A DNA stretch of 56,437 nucleotides, the filler included, from Sphacelaria rigidula (lineage: Eukaryota): NCBI GenBank assembly GCA_964200075.2. It is 6 parts of 6 records of this genome, joined end to end, with 100 filler letters (N's around TTAATTAATTAA, not from the genome) between each part and the next. Parts side by side here need not be neighbours in the genome. Positions count along the whole stretch, not along the records: positions 1 to 9,323 come from CAXNAA020008747.1; positions 9,424 to 18,746 come from CAXNAA020008748.1; 4 more parts are not named here. One strand, 5' to 3'. Of this stretch, positions 1 through 11,512 are shown in pieces (position 1 is the first letter of the stretch; the number at the start of each line of letters is the position of its first letter). A model generated the notes under the pieces. It did no database searches. It was not told the origin of the DNA and worked only from the letters and a program-made list of their open reading frames with translations. The position numbers and the translations under genes are program-made.

Positions 1-65
1 GCTCCGTCTCGAAAGGGATGCGTGGTCAATGGTCAAATGACTAAGGCAAGCAACAAATGAGTACG
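1..65 (+). mobile_element. LINE family A 3'-end fragment
   Basis: Near-identical to the 3' end of the LINE at 33255-33317. Ends aaatgagtacg followed by a C-run. Confidence 0.85.
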
Positions 66-110
66 CCCCCCCCCAACACGTGTTTATGATTTACGCTGTG
101 ATGATTACAG

Positions 111-3100
111 ATCATCAACCATGCTATTGACGGAGTGGCGGAGGGGAAGCCTACCAACTCGTTCAGTAAGGCCAGCTTCGTGTCCACCGCTGCGGACGAA
201 GCGGTGAGACCTGTTCCGTTTTGCTTTGTTCCGTGCCAGTCCGTTTCGTTTCGCTTCACCTCCAATTCATTTTGGCGTTTCGAGTTTTTGGTTTCGCTGT
301 TTGGGCATTATACGCGAGGTTGTTTTTTCTTGTTCTCATTTCCGTATCAAAGGGGGACATGTGAATGCATATGTATATCTTTTTGAGTATTTTTATTCGA
401 CAAAAATATGCCGTTTTTGACTCCATTTCTCGAAATGACTGGATGTTTATGCATATATTACAGGTGGACGTGAACGACCCCGAGTTCTGGACCAAGTGCG
501 TGGGGTTGACAGTGCCGGACGTGCGGGAGGAGAAGCTTGGAAGGTACATGTTTTGGCGAAATGAGCATCATATTGCACCCCGCGAGCGGGGTATTTCGGC
601 CCACACGCCGATGTGCGCTTTACATTCAAGAATTTCTGCGCTGGATACTAGAATCTAGATTGAATGCGTAGCAAGCTTGAAAACACATACGGAGTAGAGA
701 CGCCAAGCAGGGACACCAAAAAAACGTACAGTGATTTCTCTTCCCCATTCTCCGATAGCACAGGATGAGGGGTAGGTACAGTGGGAGAATAGTGAAAGTG
801 GTGGAACGAGCTATGGATGACGAACAAATCGCAGTCTCGTGAGGTGGGGGTTGGTCAGGTCACGGCAGAGTTTGTTGGAGAGAATGGCGTCGTGTACGAA
901 GAAATGACGAAACGCTGTGCCCTAGATGACAGTTTTGAACTTCATCTCCATATTTCCGTGTGAAATACAAGATGGCTCGCAGATTCCATCTCGAGATCTG
1001 CAAACAATTTTGTAACAGCCACATTACAGATCCCCCCCCCCCCACTACCACAAGATGGGGGTTAGGTACGAGAATAGTGAAATTAGTGGATCGGATTGTG
1101 ATGGGGTTCAAGTCACAGCGCCGTAAGGGAGGGGTTGGTGAAGTCACAGTCAAACTTTTCCAGTTCGTGTGAGAAAATAACGTGGTGAGTATGTGTGAAT
1201 ATCGCAATGTCAAAAGGGTTGTGCGCTGAAACGATTAAACTTCACTACTTCCAGTGTGAAGTAAAATATGGGCGCCCCTCCCCACCCGGACTTTTTCTTA
1301 TCTTCCAAATTGGCAAGGCGTGCTGCTCGTGCGGGCAAGAAGGAATACAAGGTTGCCAGCGATTCGGAAGGTGGAGAGGATGAGTACAACCCCAACAGCG
1401 AATTCGAGGTACAGAATGTGTACTGTCAGTTTCGTGGTACTAGATCACTTTTTCGGAAAGTTTGGTTGGTTGACAGATGTATAGATGGCTGTACGTGTCG
1501 TTTAGTCGACAGAAATGTAAATGGTTGTACGTGTCGTGCAAGTAGATTAGAAAATTCTACCCCTGCCCCCTTTTGTTCCTTTTTTTTCCCCCTTCGTTTT
1601 CGTTTTCGTCTTTTACCAAACGTTTTTTTTGGCACGAGTATAACATGACGTATAATAATATATATGCGTATCACCCCCTTTAACTTCAACATGACAAAAT
1701 ATATTCCCAAAATATTTAGGCATTGCCGCGACTTTCACCTGAAGGACAAAAAAAATGGTTTGTAAAAATTTTCATGTTTTGAGCTCGCCCCATTTGCGTT
1801 TTTTTTTTTTTTTCTCATCAGTAGCGCACACCACTCTTTTGTGATCTGGTTGTTGTTCGACTTTTTGAATCTACGCTGCTTGCCGTAGGTGAGACAAGAT
1901 AATATTATATTCTCCATGCTGCCCGATTTTTGTTTTCGATACATGTACACCACACTAGTTCGGGCGTGATGTCCTGTTCTCTATGCTGTCGTATATATTT
2001 TCTTCGATACATACACACCACGCCTGTTATGCCATCATGCTGTCGTATTTTTGTTCTTGTGTGAAGATGTGTGGGGTCTGCCGTCATGTTTGTCCTGTAT
2101 AATTAGTTTTTGGGGGGGGACTGACTTGGAGTGTGCTCCGCGGATAGTGTCGCTGCCAACTCCGCGTCTCGATAGTCACTCACCACACACGCACACACAC
2201 AGGCCACAGCGCCATACCCTGGACGAGAGAATACACAGTCAAGAAGTGTACTGCGCATAGTATCGACTATTGCGCCTATCGCAACATATGAGAGTTCATA
2301 CTGTAAGCAGTATATTTCCGACATTGGAACCTGTTGTCCAGGGTGTTCACAGCGCGAGGGCCACAGCGCTCAGCACACAGCACACGCATCAACGGATCGA
2401 GACATATATTTTTACCCATTCATCTATCTGTCCACCTACTTGACCGATTGATTCACCACAGGAGGGTGAGTCGGAAAGCGAAGACTCAGCGCGGCCTGTG
2501 GTGGTGGAGAGGAAGCTCCTCTGGAACAACGACGAGATCTCGGACGTATCAAAGTGAGTCGAGTCAACTGGAGTGGAATGGAATCGATATTATCGGATTG
2601 TACCCAAGAATCAAGTAGAGGGAAAGTGTTTGGCGCATGGCACGGACAATCAACCCCTAAATAAGGCGTTACGTGTATCGTATTTATTTTGAAGTCCGAG
2701 CACCACACCGGCAATTTCCAATTTTAGTCTTGTCCAGAAAGGGAGGGATAAGTTGCTAGACGTAGTGGGGTTGAGTTCACGGGGCGTTATCAAACCTCGG
2801 CTGAGCAAAGTTGGCTCAGGCGTTGAAGAATCTGCTGCCAGCTGGGAGGACGGGTGTATCGTGTTCGAGAAGAGGTTTGTAGCCAAGAGTTGACCGCGGG
2901 AAATCAAACCTATGTTCGAAAAAAAAACTAAGCGTAAAAAACAATGAGATCGGAGAGGGAGGAAAAAAAAGAAGAGGGAAGATTTAATGAGTTATGAGTT
3001 GACCTGAATTTCCCCCCCACACGCTGATGAAGGAGGCGAGAAAAAATCGAACTGTGGAAAGGTGGTTCCTTGACAGACACTCGTGAGAATTTGTCTCTTT

Positions 3101-6100
3101 TATGTGATGGTTCCCACAGAACCACGTGACGACTATTTGTATGTCAGGGGTTAATCGTTTGTGTGCCGTAGTCAGGAGGTCCCAGCAGGGCGCTTCGAGA
3201 GGCAGCATTTCGGCGGATGATATCGGAGGTATTCGGTTTTGGGGCAAAGCAATTAGTGGTGTGTGTGTGTGCGGAGGGGGAATGGGGAAGCGGGGGGGGG
3301 TTGTGCCGCCTTTGATAGATGCGCTATCTTTTCAGCAGAATCATGAGATTCTGTGGTGTATAGTTGGATTTTCGAGGCACGTTAATGATGCCCGAGTGAG
3401 GGTCACATTCTGTTCGTATCTGCAGCACTATGAGTTGTATTTGTGAAGCTGCTGTTGATCGTAGTGGAATATGCACTCCACAGTCGAGGGCCCCCCTCTC
3501 CATGAAAACTTCGCTTAGCAAATTTTGAAGCATCCTACTGTCAACGACGTGTTGAAGACTTCATTCATAACATGGTACATGAAGAACATTTTGGGACCTC
3601 GCACTCCTTTTCCGCCACTGGCTGTCTCCACCTGTGTATCCCTTGCCTCTCTTGCACCTGATGTCTTCCCGCAGTCCAACAAAAACGACTATATCTTTCC
3701 CTTTGGACAGAGCTTGTCTTGCCTCTGAGCATCGTTGCACAGGCCGACTAACGATAACCTCTGCGTACCCTAAATATATATGATGAGGGGAAAAAAGGAC
3801 GTATGATATATATATATATATATTGTGTAAATTATTTCTTTATCTTCTTTGTTGATGATCTGTTTTTTTTGTTCACTTTGTTTGTTTGTTTGCTGTTTTC
3901 TCCCCGATCTCGTCGTGCAGATCTATGCTTTGCTTCGGGTACGGGCGATGGGACGAGATACGAGTCGACGCCAATTTGAGAAATAGGAGTTCGATGGATG
4001 TGGCTGCCGTATGTCGTGCCATAATCGCCGTGATGCTTCAGACGGAGGCAATGAGCATGGCACAGGTACATTTTTTGTTCCATGTTTTGATTGCGACTGA
4101 GCGCGCGCGGTAGGAAACACGGGTTATTGCACTCTCTTTGCCTCTGGACTCGTGCGAAGGAGGCGTCTGACCCGGGGGTTGGGTGACAGGGTACGGTTCC
4201 GGAAGGGTTAACACGAGCGCCATACGTGTCATTTTACTCCCATTGTTTTCGGTCTTTGCCATGCTTTCGGTCCGGAACTATATCAAAGCAGAGGAGTACA
4301 TTCGCAGCTAGCGCAGAGGGGAGAGGGGTGGGGGGGGTTGAAAGTGCGAACGCGATCACGTGTAGTTCATGGTGGGTTGTTGAACATATGATACGGAACC
4401 GGGGGGCATATATGTATATATATTGTTTCAATGCATTGGTCAGTTCACGAAGGAAGGGCACGAATTGTTTGTTCTGCCTGCGCGACGGTACTGCATATAC
4501 TTGTGAGGATCTGTGTCCGCTTAGGTTCAGTGGGCTTTGTACTCACATCACCCCGTTTTGTCGTGTGAAGGAGGGAGAGTGAGTGTGCAGGAGTTGTTGC
4601 TGTATGTAGGAGGGAATATTTTGAGAGGTGAACGTGGAGGGCATGTTCGGGTGCAGTTGTTATCGAGAGGTACGAGGGCCGCGCGAGGGGGGATGTACTC
4701 ATGATCTTGCATGCCATGGTCATATGACCGTCGACTTCGCATCCCTGCAAAACCGGGACGGAGCACGCCGGGTTTTTGCCGGACCAGGCGAAGCCGCGCG
4801 AGGGGGCGTGGGGGGGGGCTGGGGGGGGGGTAGGGGAAGGGACTGTATCTCATTCCTGATTTGACACAATTGACGGATAACGCGCTGCAGAAAGAACACA
4901 AGTTTTTGACACTTGTTAATTTTTACGAGATATATATTTTTCATCACGTTCCTTCCTACCGTCACATTTGCCGAGCGTGCCTCGATGCATTATTTAAAAG
5001 GTGGTTCGGGTACGGTACGCCCTCGAATACCCTGGATGTTCAGTTGATGTCATGGGTGACCTGCATGTATACTGGGTATTATCGGAAATGAATTCCTGCG
5101 TACCCGGGGGTACTGAATACAACTTTCGACCCGGCACTGCTCTACGCACAACCCCGCCTTCCCCTCTGTCGCACGTACGTTGAAAACAAAAACAGGGAGC
5201 TATCAATCGGGAGACGGACATTGCGAGGTTGAACCAAGCCGTGATCGAAAGACGCGAAGAGGCCGCACGCCAGGCCAAGCGCGAGGGAGAACGCATACTA
5301 TCTCTCGCGAAGATGTTACCGTCATCGCCGCCGCCTGCCCCCACCCCAAGTGCCACCGCCGCCACCTCTATGGCTCTTGCCGCAAGCACCACCGCTGCGG
5401 CCCAACCTGCAGTAGGTGCGGCGGGGGCGGGCACGTCCCCATCTGCATCAGGCGCTGGTCCTGCCGGTGCGGTCGGACCAGCAACCGCAGCTACCGGCGG
5501 CGGGGGTGGGGGCGGGGGCGAAAGTTCAGCCCAATCTTCAGGCAGTTCTTCTGCTGCCGCTGCGGGAAATTCCTCAGTAGCGAGTACAGCAGGTGGTGTT
5601 CTCCCAGCTACACGTGCGCCTGCCCCGGCGGTGGCGGCCCCCGGTAACGGCCGCGGCGGCGGCCAGCCCCTGCCGGCAAAAGTGGCAATCAATCAGACCT
5701 CAGCATCATCAGACCCTACGGCACAACCCAAGGTTGGCACGACAGCGGCGACGGCCGCTACTGCTGCTCCGTCCGTCGGTACGGGTGCTGGCGTCGGTGC
5801 GGGGGGGGCACCGGCTGTAGGCACGTCAGCGCCGGAGAGGATGGCTCTGACAGGGGGTGTGGGAAGTTCACCTTCTACGACGCTGGTTGTGTCCAGTCAG
5901 CCCAACGCTGTCAGTGGCGCGGGTGTCGCTGCGGGTTCTGGTGGTGCGTCAGCTGCCGCAGCGAGGTGGGCATGTCGTACATTGCGTGTGCCTGCGGCTT
6001 CGCCCTTGTTTCTCGTTGTCAGCACTACACGAGAGCAAATGCCGTATTGTACGGCGGCGAGCAAAACAGTGGAAGATTAGCTACTGTAGCCCTGTTTGGT

Positions 6101-6883
6101 TGGCTCCTTCCTTGTACCTGTTCTGGCGCTGTTACTACTTGTCAGCGTCGTTTACTTCTTGCTCGATTGCCTTGTCTGGAGCTTGGGAGGTGGACAGGAC
6201 GAAAAGAGGCCGAACTTCGGCGTCACACATTTCCGCCCTTCCTTTCTCTCTCCCGTTATTATAGCTGCCTCTTGTGGTGAAAGAAAACTTCACTTCTCCT
6301 CGCTACCTGGTCGCCCCTCTGTTCCGCTTCCCCGACCCCTAATGCAGGAAAGTTCTCGCTCCATCCTTGTTAAATTCTACCCTGGCGGAGACGTTGGCGA
6401 GGGTTCCACTCCCGACGATATCGGAAGCGAAGAGGACGGAGGCGTTTGAACAGGCGCTGGACATGCTGATCAGAAAACACCCCGTCATGGAGATGGCGAT
6501 GAAGGACATGAGGATAGCCGTCGCTGAAGCCAAGATATCCAAGCGGATCCAGAAGGACGTTGCTCTAGGTGCAGACGGGGCAGGGGCAGCACCGTCTAGC
6601 GGTGGTGCCAAAGCCCGGAAGGCCGGCGGCGGTTCTACCGGGAAGGGTAAGGGGAAAGCGAAGGGAGAAGAATCGTACAGTGACATTATCGCAAGGATGA
6701 AAGCCGCTCACGAAGCTAGCGCTCCGGCTACAGCGCCTACCGCTGACGGAACTACTGCCGCGTCTGCTGCTGCTGCTACTGCTGCTACCACTGCTGCTTC
6801 TTCTAATACTACTGCGCCTACCGCTGACGGAACTACTGCCGCGCCTGCTGCTGCTGCTACTGCTGCTACCACTGCTGCTTCTT

Positions 6884-6917
<34 letters not shown>

Positions 6918-7930
6918 CGCTACTGCTCCCGTGGCAGCTGCGCAGGTGTCTACTGCTACTGCTCCTCCGCTTCCCGTTGCTGCAGCTACTGCAGCTGCTG
7001 CTAGTGAAAACATCGCCAGTACACCCACAGCGGAGCAGAAACCATCAGCACCTGCCACTGCTTCTTCGGTGTCTACAGACAAATCGGCATCCACATCCGG
7101 AGCTACCATTACGACTCCCGAGATGCCATCAACGTCGACAACGGCAGCACCCTCGCCACCAACTGAGACGGGAAAAGACGGTGAGGCGAAGCCCGCTTCC
7201 GCCCCGCCCGAAGCTGAGTCTAAAACTGGAGCTACCTCTACAACTGGAGCTAACTCTAAAACTGAAGCTGACTCTAAAACTGAAGCTACCTCTGAACCTG
7301 AAGCTGACTCTAAAAAAGACGGCGACGCGAGATGTGCTCCCGCTGCCGCCACCGCCGCTTCCGGCGGCGGCGGCCCTGCTGTGACTGCTGGTCAGCCCAT
7401 CGGCAGTGCTGATCTCGCTGGTGCTGCGACTGCTGCAACGCAAGTGCCAGCAACAGCAATGCCAGCGGCGGCAACAGTAACAGCAGCAGCGACAGCAGGT
7501 GGGGCGCCCGAACAAGTCAAAGCCGAGGCGGTGAAAGCTGAGGGAGCAATTCAAGCGCCTGCTGCGGCGGCTAAGAACACGTCCCCGGGGGCAACGGACA
7601 AGCCTGCGGCGGCGGCGACGGCGATGGCGGTTACGGAAGACAACACCGACAAGACTGTAGCGTCGACTGCGAAGGATGACCGTGGGGTGATGGTGGTGGG
7701 GAGCAAACCTGCGGCGCCGGGGGCGTTGGTGTCCGCGGCTGGTGGAGGGAATGGAAAGGACGAGAAGGTGCTTGTCAAGCCTACGGAGAAGAAGGTGGAA
7801 GAGGTGCGTTTTGCTGTGACTTGGAAGATAACAAAATATAGGAAACGGCGAGATAGGTCACGTGTTACCTGGAGAGAGTCGTGCAAAATTCGCAGGTTAT
7901 CACTTGCCGTGCCAAGCTGTGTGTGCGTTC

Positions 7931-7999
<69 letters not shown>

Positions 8000-8401
8000 T
8001 GAGTGTTCGTNNNNNNNNNNGGGGGGGGGGGGGGGGGTGAGGGGGGGAGGGCGTGAGTGTTCGTTTTCGTTTTTTTTTTTTGGCAAACTGCGAAAATAGC
8101 TTGCTGTTATGTGTTGCTTGATGAGTCATTTGATCGACTGTGAAGGTAGTTATTTTGAGATCATTTTGGTGATATCCACGCCTGCGCCTACGTACTTGCG
8201 CACTGACGATTCCCCCGACGGCCATGTTGACCGCAATGAGAGGTGTTCAACATAATGGCTATTGTTTCAACCCCCACCCTCTTCCGCCCACCTTACTCTC
8301 TTCCCCGTTGTGTTCAGCTCGACGCGAAAGCCATCCTGATGGAGGTGTGGAAGCCGCGCAACGTTCAAAAGGGGAGCAGGTTTCAAGAAGGGCTCACGAG
8401 G
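111..8401 (+). CDS. CHD6-9/Kismet-like chromodomain helicase DNA-binding protein, partial (post-helicase region); exons 111-203, 464-543, 1318-1408, 2462-2553, 3921-4065, 5196-5965, 6348-7803, 8318-8401
   Basis: All introns are GT-AG and phases are consistent (0,2,0,2,0,2,0). The spliced peptide GKPTNSFSKASFVSTAADEAVDVNDPEFWTK...SMLCFGYGRWDEIR matches the CHD7-family motifs STFAKASF..DISLDDPNFWQKW and LLVYGWGRW.DI (recalled, not searched). Both gene ends lie outside the contig. Confidence 0.85.
766..880 (+). repeat. Old dispersed ~120-150-nt repeat (family C); other copies ~1055-1190, 17925-18040, 28425-28500, 19010-19125(-)
   Basis: Shared blocks taggtac..gagaatagtgaaa ... cagtctcgtgagg(g)agg ... 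gtcacgg.agagtt. Confidence 0.6.
4693..4792 (-). mobile_element. Family B short retro-repeat, 5'-truncated, with 14-bp TSD
   Basis: Reverse complement of the family B 3' end (...gcatgcaagatcatgagtaca). TSD gccgcgcgaggggg at 4678-4691 and 4793-4806. Confidence 0.8.
6734..6895 (+). repeat. In-frame 81-nt tandem duplication (APTADGTTAA.AAAATAATTAASS.TT x2) in the CHD exon
   Basis: Two near-identical copies of cgcctaccgctgacggaactactgccgcg...cttcttcta, period 81 nt. Imperfect 18-nt SKTEAD-type repeats also occur at ~7215-7315. Confidence 0.9.
7935..7996. repeat. Compound (GT)n(GA)n microsatellite
   Basis: Read directly from the sequence, in a CHD intron. Confidence 0.95.
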
Positions 8402-9116
8402 GTAAGTGGAGGATGACACGGTACAGTAGTCTACGATCACCACTCATCCTTGTCGTTTTGTAGGTGTAATCTCAGCAAAAAAGCACGACCCATTATTATG
8501 GTGCCTACGCTACTCCTAGACTGTTTTGACTTTGAAGGCAAGCAGGTACATAGGTAGCTGTAGTCGTGTTGGTTTGGTGTATGCGCATCCTGAATAGTAG
8601 ACCAGGAAAGCGAACGCCTTTTAGCCGTATATTTCCGTACATGGTGGCGTTTTGACTCACATAGCGTTCGTCTCCGCTTACATTTCGCAACCTCTTTTTA
8701 CGGGCCGCTCCCTAGGCAGACATAACAAAAATCTGTAAAAGTGCTTTTTTGGAGTTTCTATGTGGTTTTACGCCCTAAAAGAGAGCTAGGCGGATTTCCG
8801 CACGTTGGAATGCCTTGATATACTCGTTGAGACGGGTCCAGCACACCTGTGTGTTTTCCCGGTGGCCGCCGTTTATTTCTTGCCCGAACTTGCATTTTTC
8901 AGAATTTTATTTTGTCTGTCGTAAGAGCGGCCTTGACGCATTTTATTTCCTCCCCCCCCCCCCCCCCCCCTCTCCCCTTCTCTGGCTCTTCATGTCAAAA
9001 CTTCAGAGATCAATGAGNNNNNNNCTTTCTTTTTTTTTTGTATTTTTTTTTTTTTTTTTTTTTAGTGGCGGCGGCGTCTTTCCTTTCCACCCCCCCCCCC
9101 CCCCCCTCTGGAAGTG

Positions 9117-9323
9117 ATCATGAGTACACCCTCTCTAGAAGTGGCGATACCAGAAATTGGAGGAACTCGTTCGAGCTTGTCATCGGCATGCAAGATGATC
9201 AGTAGGCTTCGGGCCGAACAATTTCAGTAGGATGCAACTCACCCTTCATGCGACTCGCCGAACACACCACGGCCTTTCGCGCTGGATGATTGATCGCGAG
9301 CCTGGTCCGGCGAAAACCCGGCG
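9117..9323 (+). mobile_element. Family B copy (9138-9323, cut by contig end) preceded by a 12-nt family B 3' micro-insertion (9117-9128)
   Basis: 9138-9323 aligns by eye with 38040-38225. The 12-mer atcatgagtaca is flanked by ccccctctggaagtg and ccctctctagaagtg. Confidence 0.75.
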
Positions 9324-9423
9324 NNNNNNNNNNNNNNNNNNNNNNNNNNNNNNNNNNNNNNNNNNNNTTAATTAATTAANNNNNNNNNNNNNNNNNNNNN
9401 NNNNNNNNNNNNNNNNNNNNNNN
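9324..9423. other. Artificial contig linker (N44-TTAATTAATTAA-N44); also 18747-18846, 28170-28269, 37593-37692, 47016-47115
   Basis: Five identical 100-nt spacers with six-frame stops separate contigs of 9323, 9323, 9323, 9323, 9323 and 9322 nt. Confidence 0.98.
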
Positions 9424-9438
9424 TTCTTCAACATTTAG

Positions 9439-9746
9439 GACACTTTCTTCGATACCCCCCCCCAAAAAAAACGACGAAGGCAAGCAACAAATGAGTACGC
9501 CCCCCCCCCCCCAAAAAAAAAAGTGGTTGGTGTGGGGAGGCAAAATCTACGCAAAAATCTGAATGAAAACAGCCGAGCACAATCAGCCGCTAGGAATTTC
9601 CACCCTCGGGTTCGTTCTCGCCGACGTAACTCATATTAGGTGCTCCATGCAGCCTAAAACCAAACATCTGGCGCTGTATAACCATTTTCTTCGTGGCAGC
9701 TTTGTTTTTCGTTTTTTCATGGGGGGAGGGAATCATAGAAAGTGTC
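9439..9746. mobile_element. MITE of the GACACTTTCTACGATAG family carrying a nested LINE-A 3' micro-insertion (9470-9499)
   Basis: Ends gacactttc ... gaaagtgtc. The interior matches the copies at 36487-36724 and 42617-42865. Confidence 0.8.
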
Positions 9747-11046
9747 TCCACTTGGCTTCAGAAGGGGAAAGAGTGCAATTTGCTATTTTCACGGATGAAT
9801 CGCAGGTGTTTAGCCCTGCGCAGGCGTGCTTCGCGTCGTACAGTCAGTACACAGTGCTTGTTATTATGCCAGCTCGAAGCACACAGTGCCAACTATGTAG
9901 TGTATTCCTGAGCCGTGATACATTTAGTGTATTAAGCGCTTCCCCCTTCAGCAGTGACGCGCATCCTTTGCCATCCTGGCGCTTCAGCCTGGGAGGTTGT
10001 CTGTAGCGCCACTTTCCCGTGCTGATGTGGTAACCTCTCTTCCAAGGACGTGCGCCCTCTCTAATTTGAGGACATTTTACGCTGCGGAGCATGACCGCTT
10101 CAAATGTATCCCCCGTGTCAGACAGAAATTAATTTTTCTGTACGAGCTAGGCCAACCTAAAAACGGATTTAAGCTCTCAAGGCGATATCTCAACGACACA
10201 GGCGAGTTGGGCCGTGATCCGCATATCGTATTAATCGTCTAACCAAGGGGAAGGTGCCCACCTGCTCAAACGTTTGGGCCCATATTTTCTCGTTGATTAA
10301 ACCCCATGTCTGGTAACTTCTACACCGTACGGAGATATCGTCCATACTAAAATCTATATGAAACCCCGAACGATCCATTGAGCGGATGATGGCAATTTTT
10401 GGTGTGGACCTTCCCTGGAGCACGGGGAGACGATAGATACCCTCACCTTCACCTAATTAGTCATTTATCTCGAGATATGGCTCACATAATTTTTCATACT
10501 AAAACCGACATATTACGAGCAGAAGCATTAGCTGCCCTAAATCTGTATATCGCGTCTCAGTTTTTGAGAGTTGTGCTATGAAATTTAGTATGGAGAACCG
10601 CTAGTGCAGAACGAAATAAAAAACACAGCTCTTGAACTTTTTTTTTTTTAATTTTCAATCTTTTTTTCGTGTTATTAGCGGAGTTTAGGGGAGAAAGGAA
10701 CATTGCTCTTGGGCCTTGTCTCAATTTTTCAGCTCAACTTTTAGAACTGTGATTTGGAACTTGGCATGGAGAACGACAGAGGTATGCTGAGTGCAAAAAA
10801 AAATGGGCCTTCATTTTTTTTTGGGGGGGGAGAGGTTCGGGCCTTCTCGTAGAACAATGGTCATTGCCCTACTAAAATGCCCTAAACCAGCGAAAAAAAT
10901 AGATCAAAACCAATCTGATCCATTTTTCTTGGTTCAACACGACCTAGCGAAGTCCCGCACAAAGTTTCAGAACACTAACACCAAACGTGGGCCGATAAAC
11001 GGCCTGCAAAATATTGTTCCGAATTTTGGCCGGCCCGGTTTTAAAA

Positions 11047-11313
11047 GGCGAATTCGCAATTTTTTTCGAGTTGGTTTTGGACAGTGAAATATGGTATGGA
11101 CAATCAACAGGGCATGAAGAAAAGCTGTCTGTGGGGTCCCGACGTTTTTTTTCGTGAGTTAAGGGCAATAACAAGTTTTGAGGTTTCGGTAAAATGCCCT
11201 CAACTCATGAAAAAAAAAAAACGGCGGGACCCCACAGACAGCTTGTCTTGCCCTGTTGATTGTCCAGACCAAATTTCACACTCCGACGCTAATTGAAAAA
11301 ATGCCAATTCGTC
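11047..11313. repeat. Long imperfect inverted repeat (foldback/MITE core)
   Basis: gtgaaat..ggacaatcaacagggca..gctgtctgtggggtccc (11084 onward) pairs with gggaccccacagacagc..tgccctgttgattgtcc..atttcac (to 11279). Confidence 0.85.
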
Positions 11314-11512
11314 TGCAAACTACAAATCCGCTTCTAGGCTGGCCCAGCCTGTAAATCGCCTCCATAATATTGAAAGGATCAACACTGAAGTAGGCAATCC
11401 TTGCACGTAGGTCAGCTGGCGATCCTGTTTCCTGGTCTCATAGGGAGACCGATTAGTATATATATTCTTGGATAATTCGAGATATATCCATGACATCTTT
11501 CGCATGAAGTAG

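Noticed and set aside
1470-2050. Short intronic tandem duplications (~36 nt and ~70 nt)
   Set aside because: Two-copy diverged duplications with no further structure, typical of ordinary intron turnover.
4994-8225. Long minus-strand ORFs (4994-5692, 6708-7352, 7551-8225)
   Set aside because: Antisense shadows of GC-rich low-complexity CHD exons and microsatellites.
9368-9379. TTAATTAATTAA recurring every 9423 nt as a biological repeat or array
   Set aside because: It is embedded in fixed N padding and is an assembly linker.
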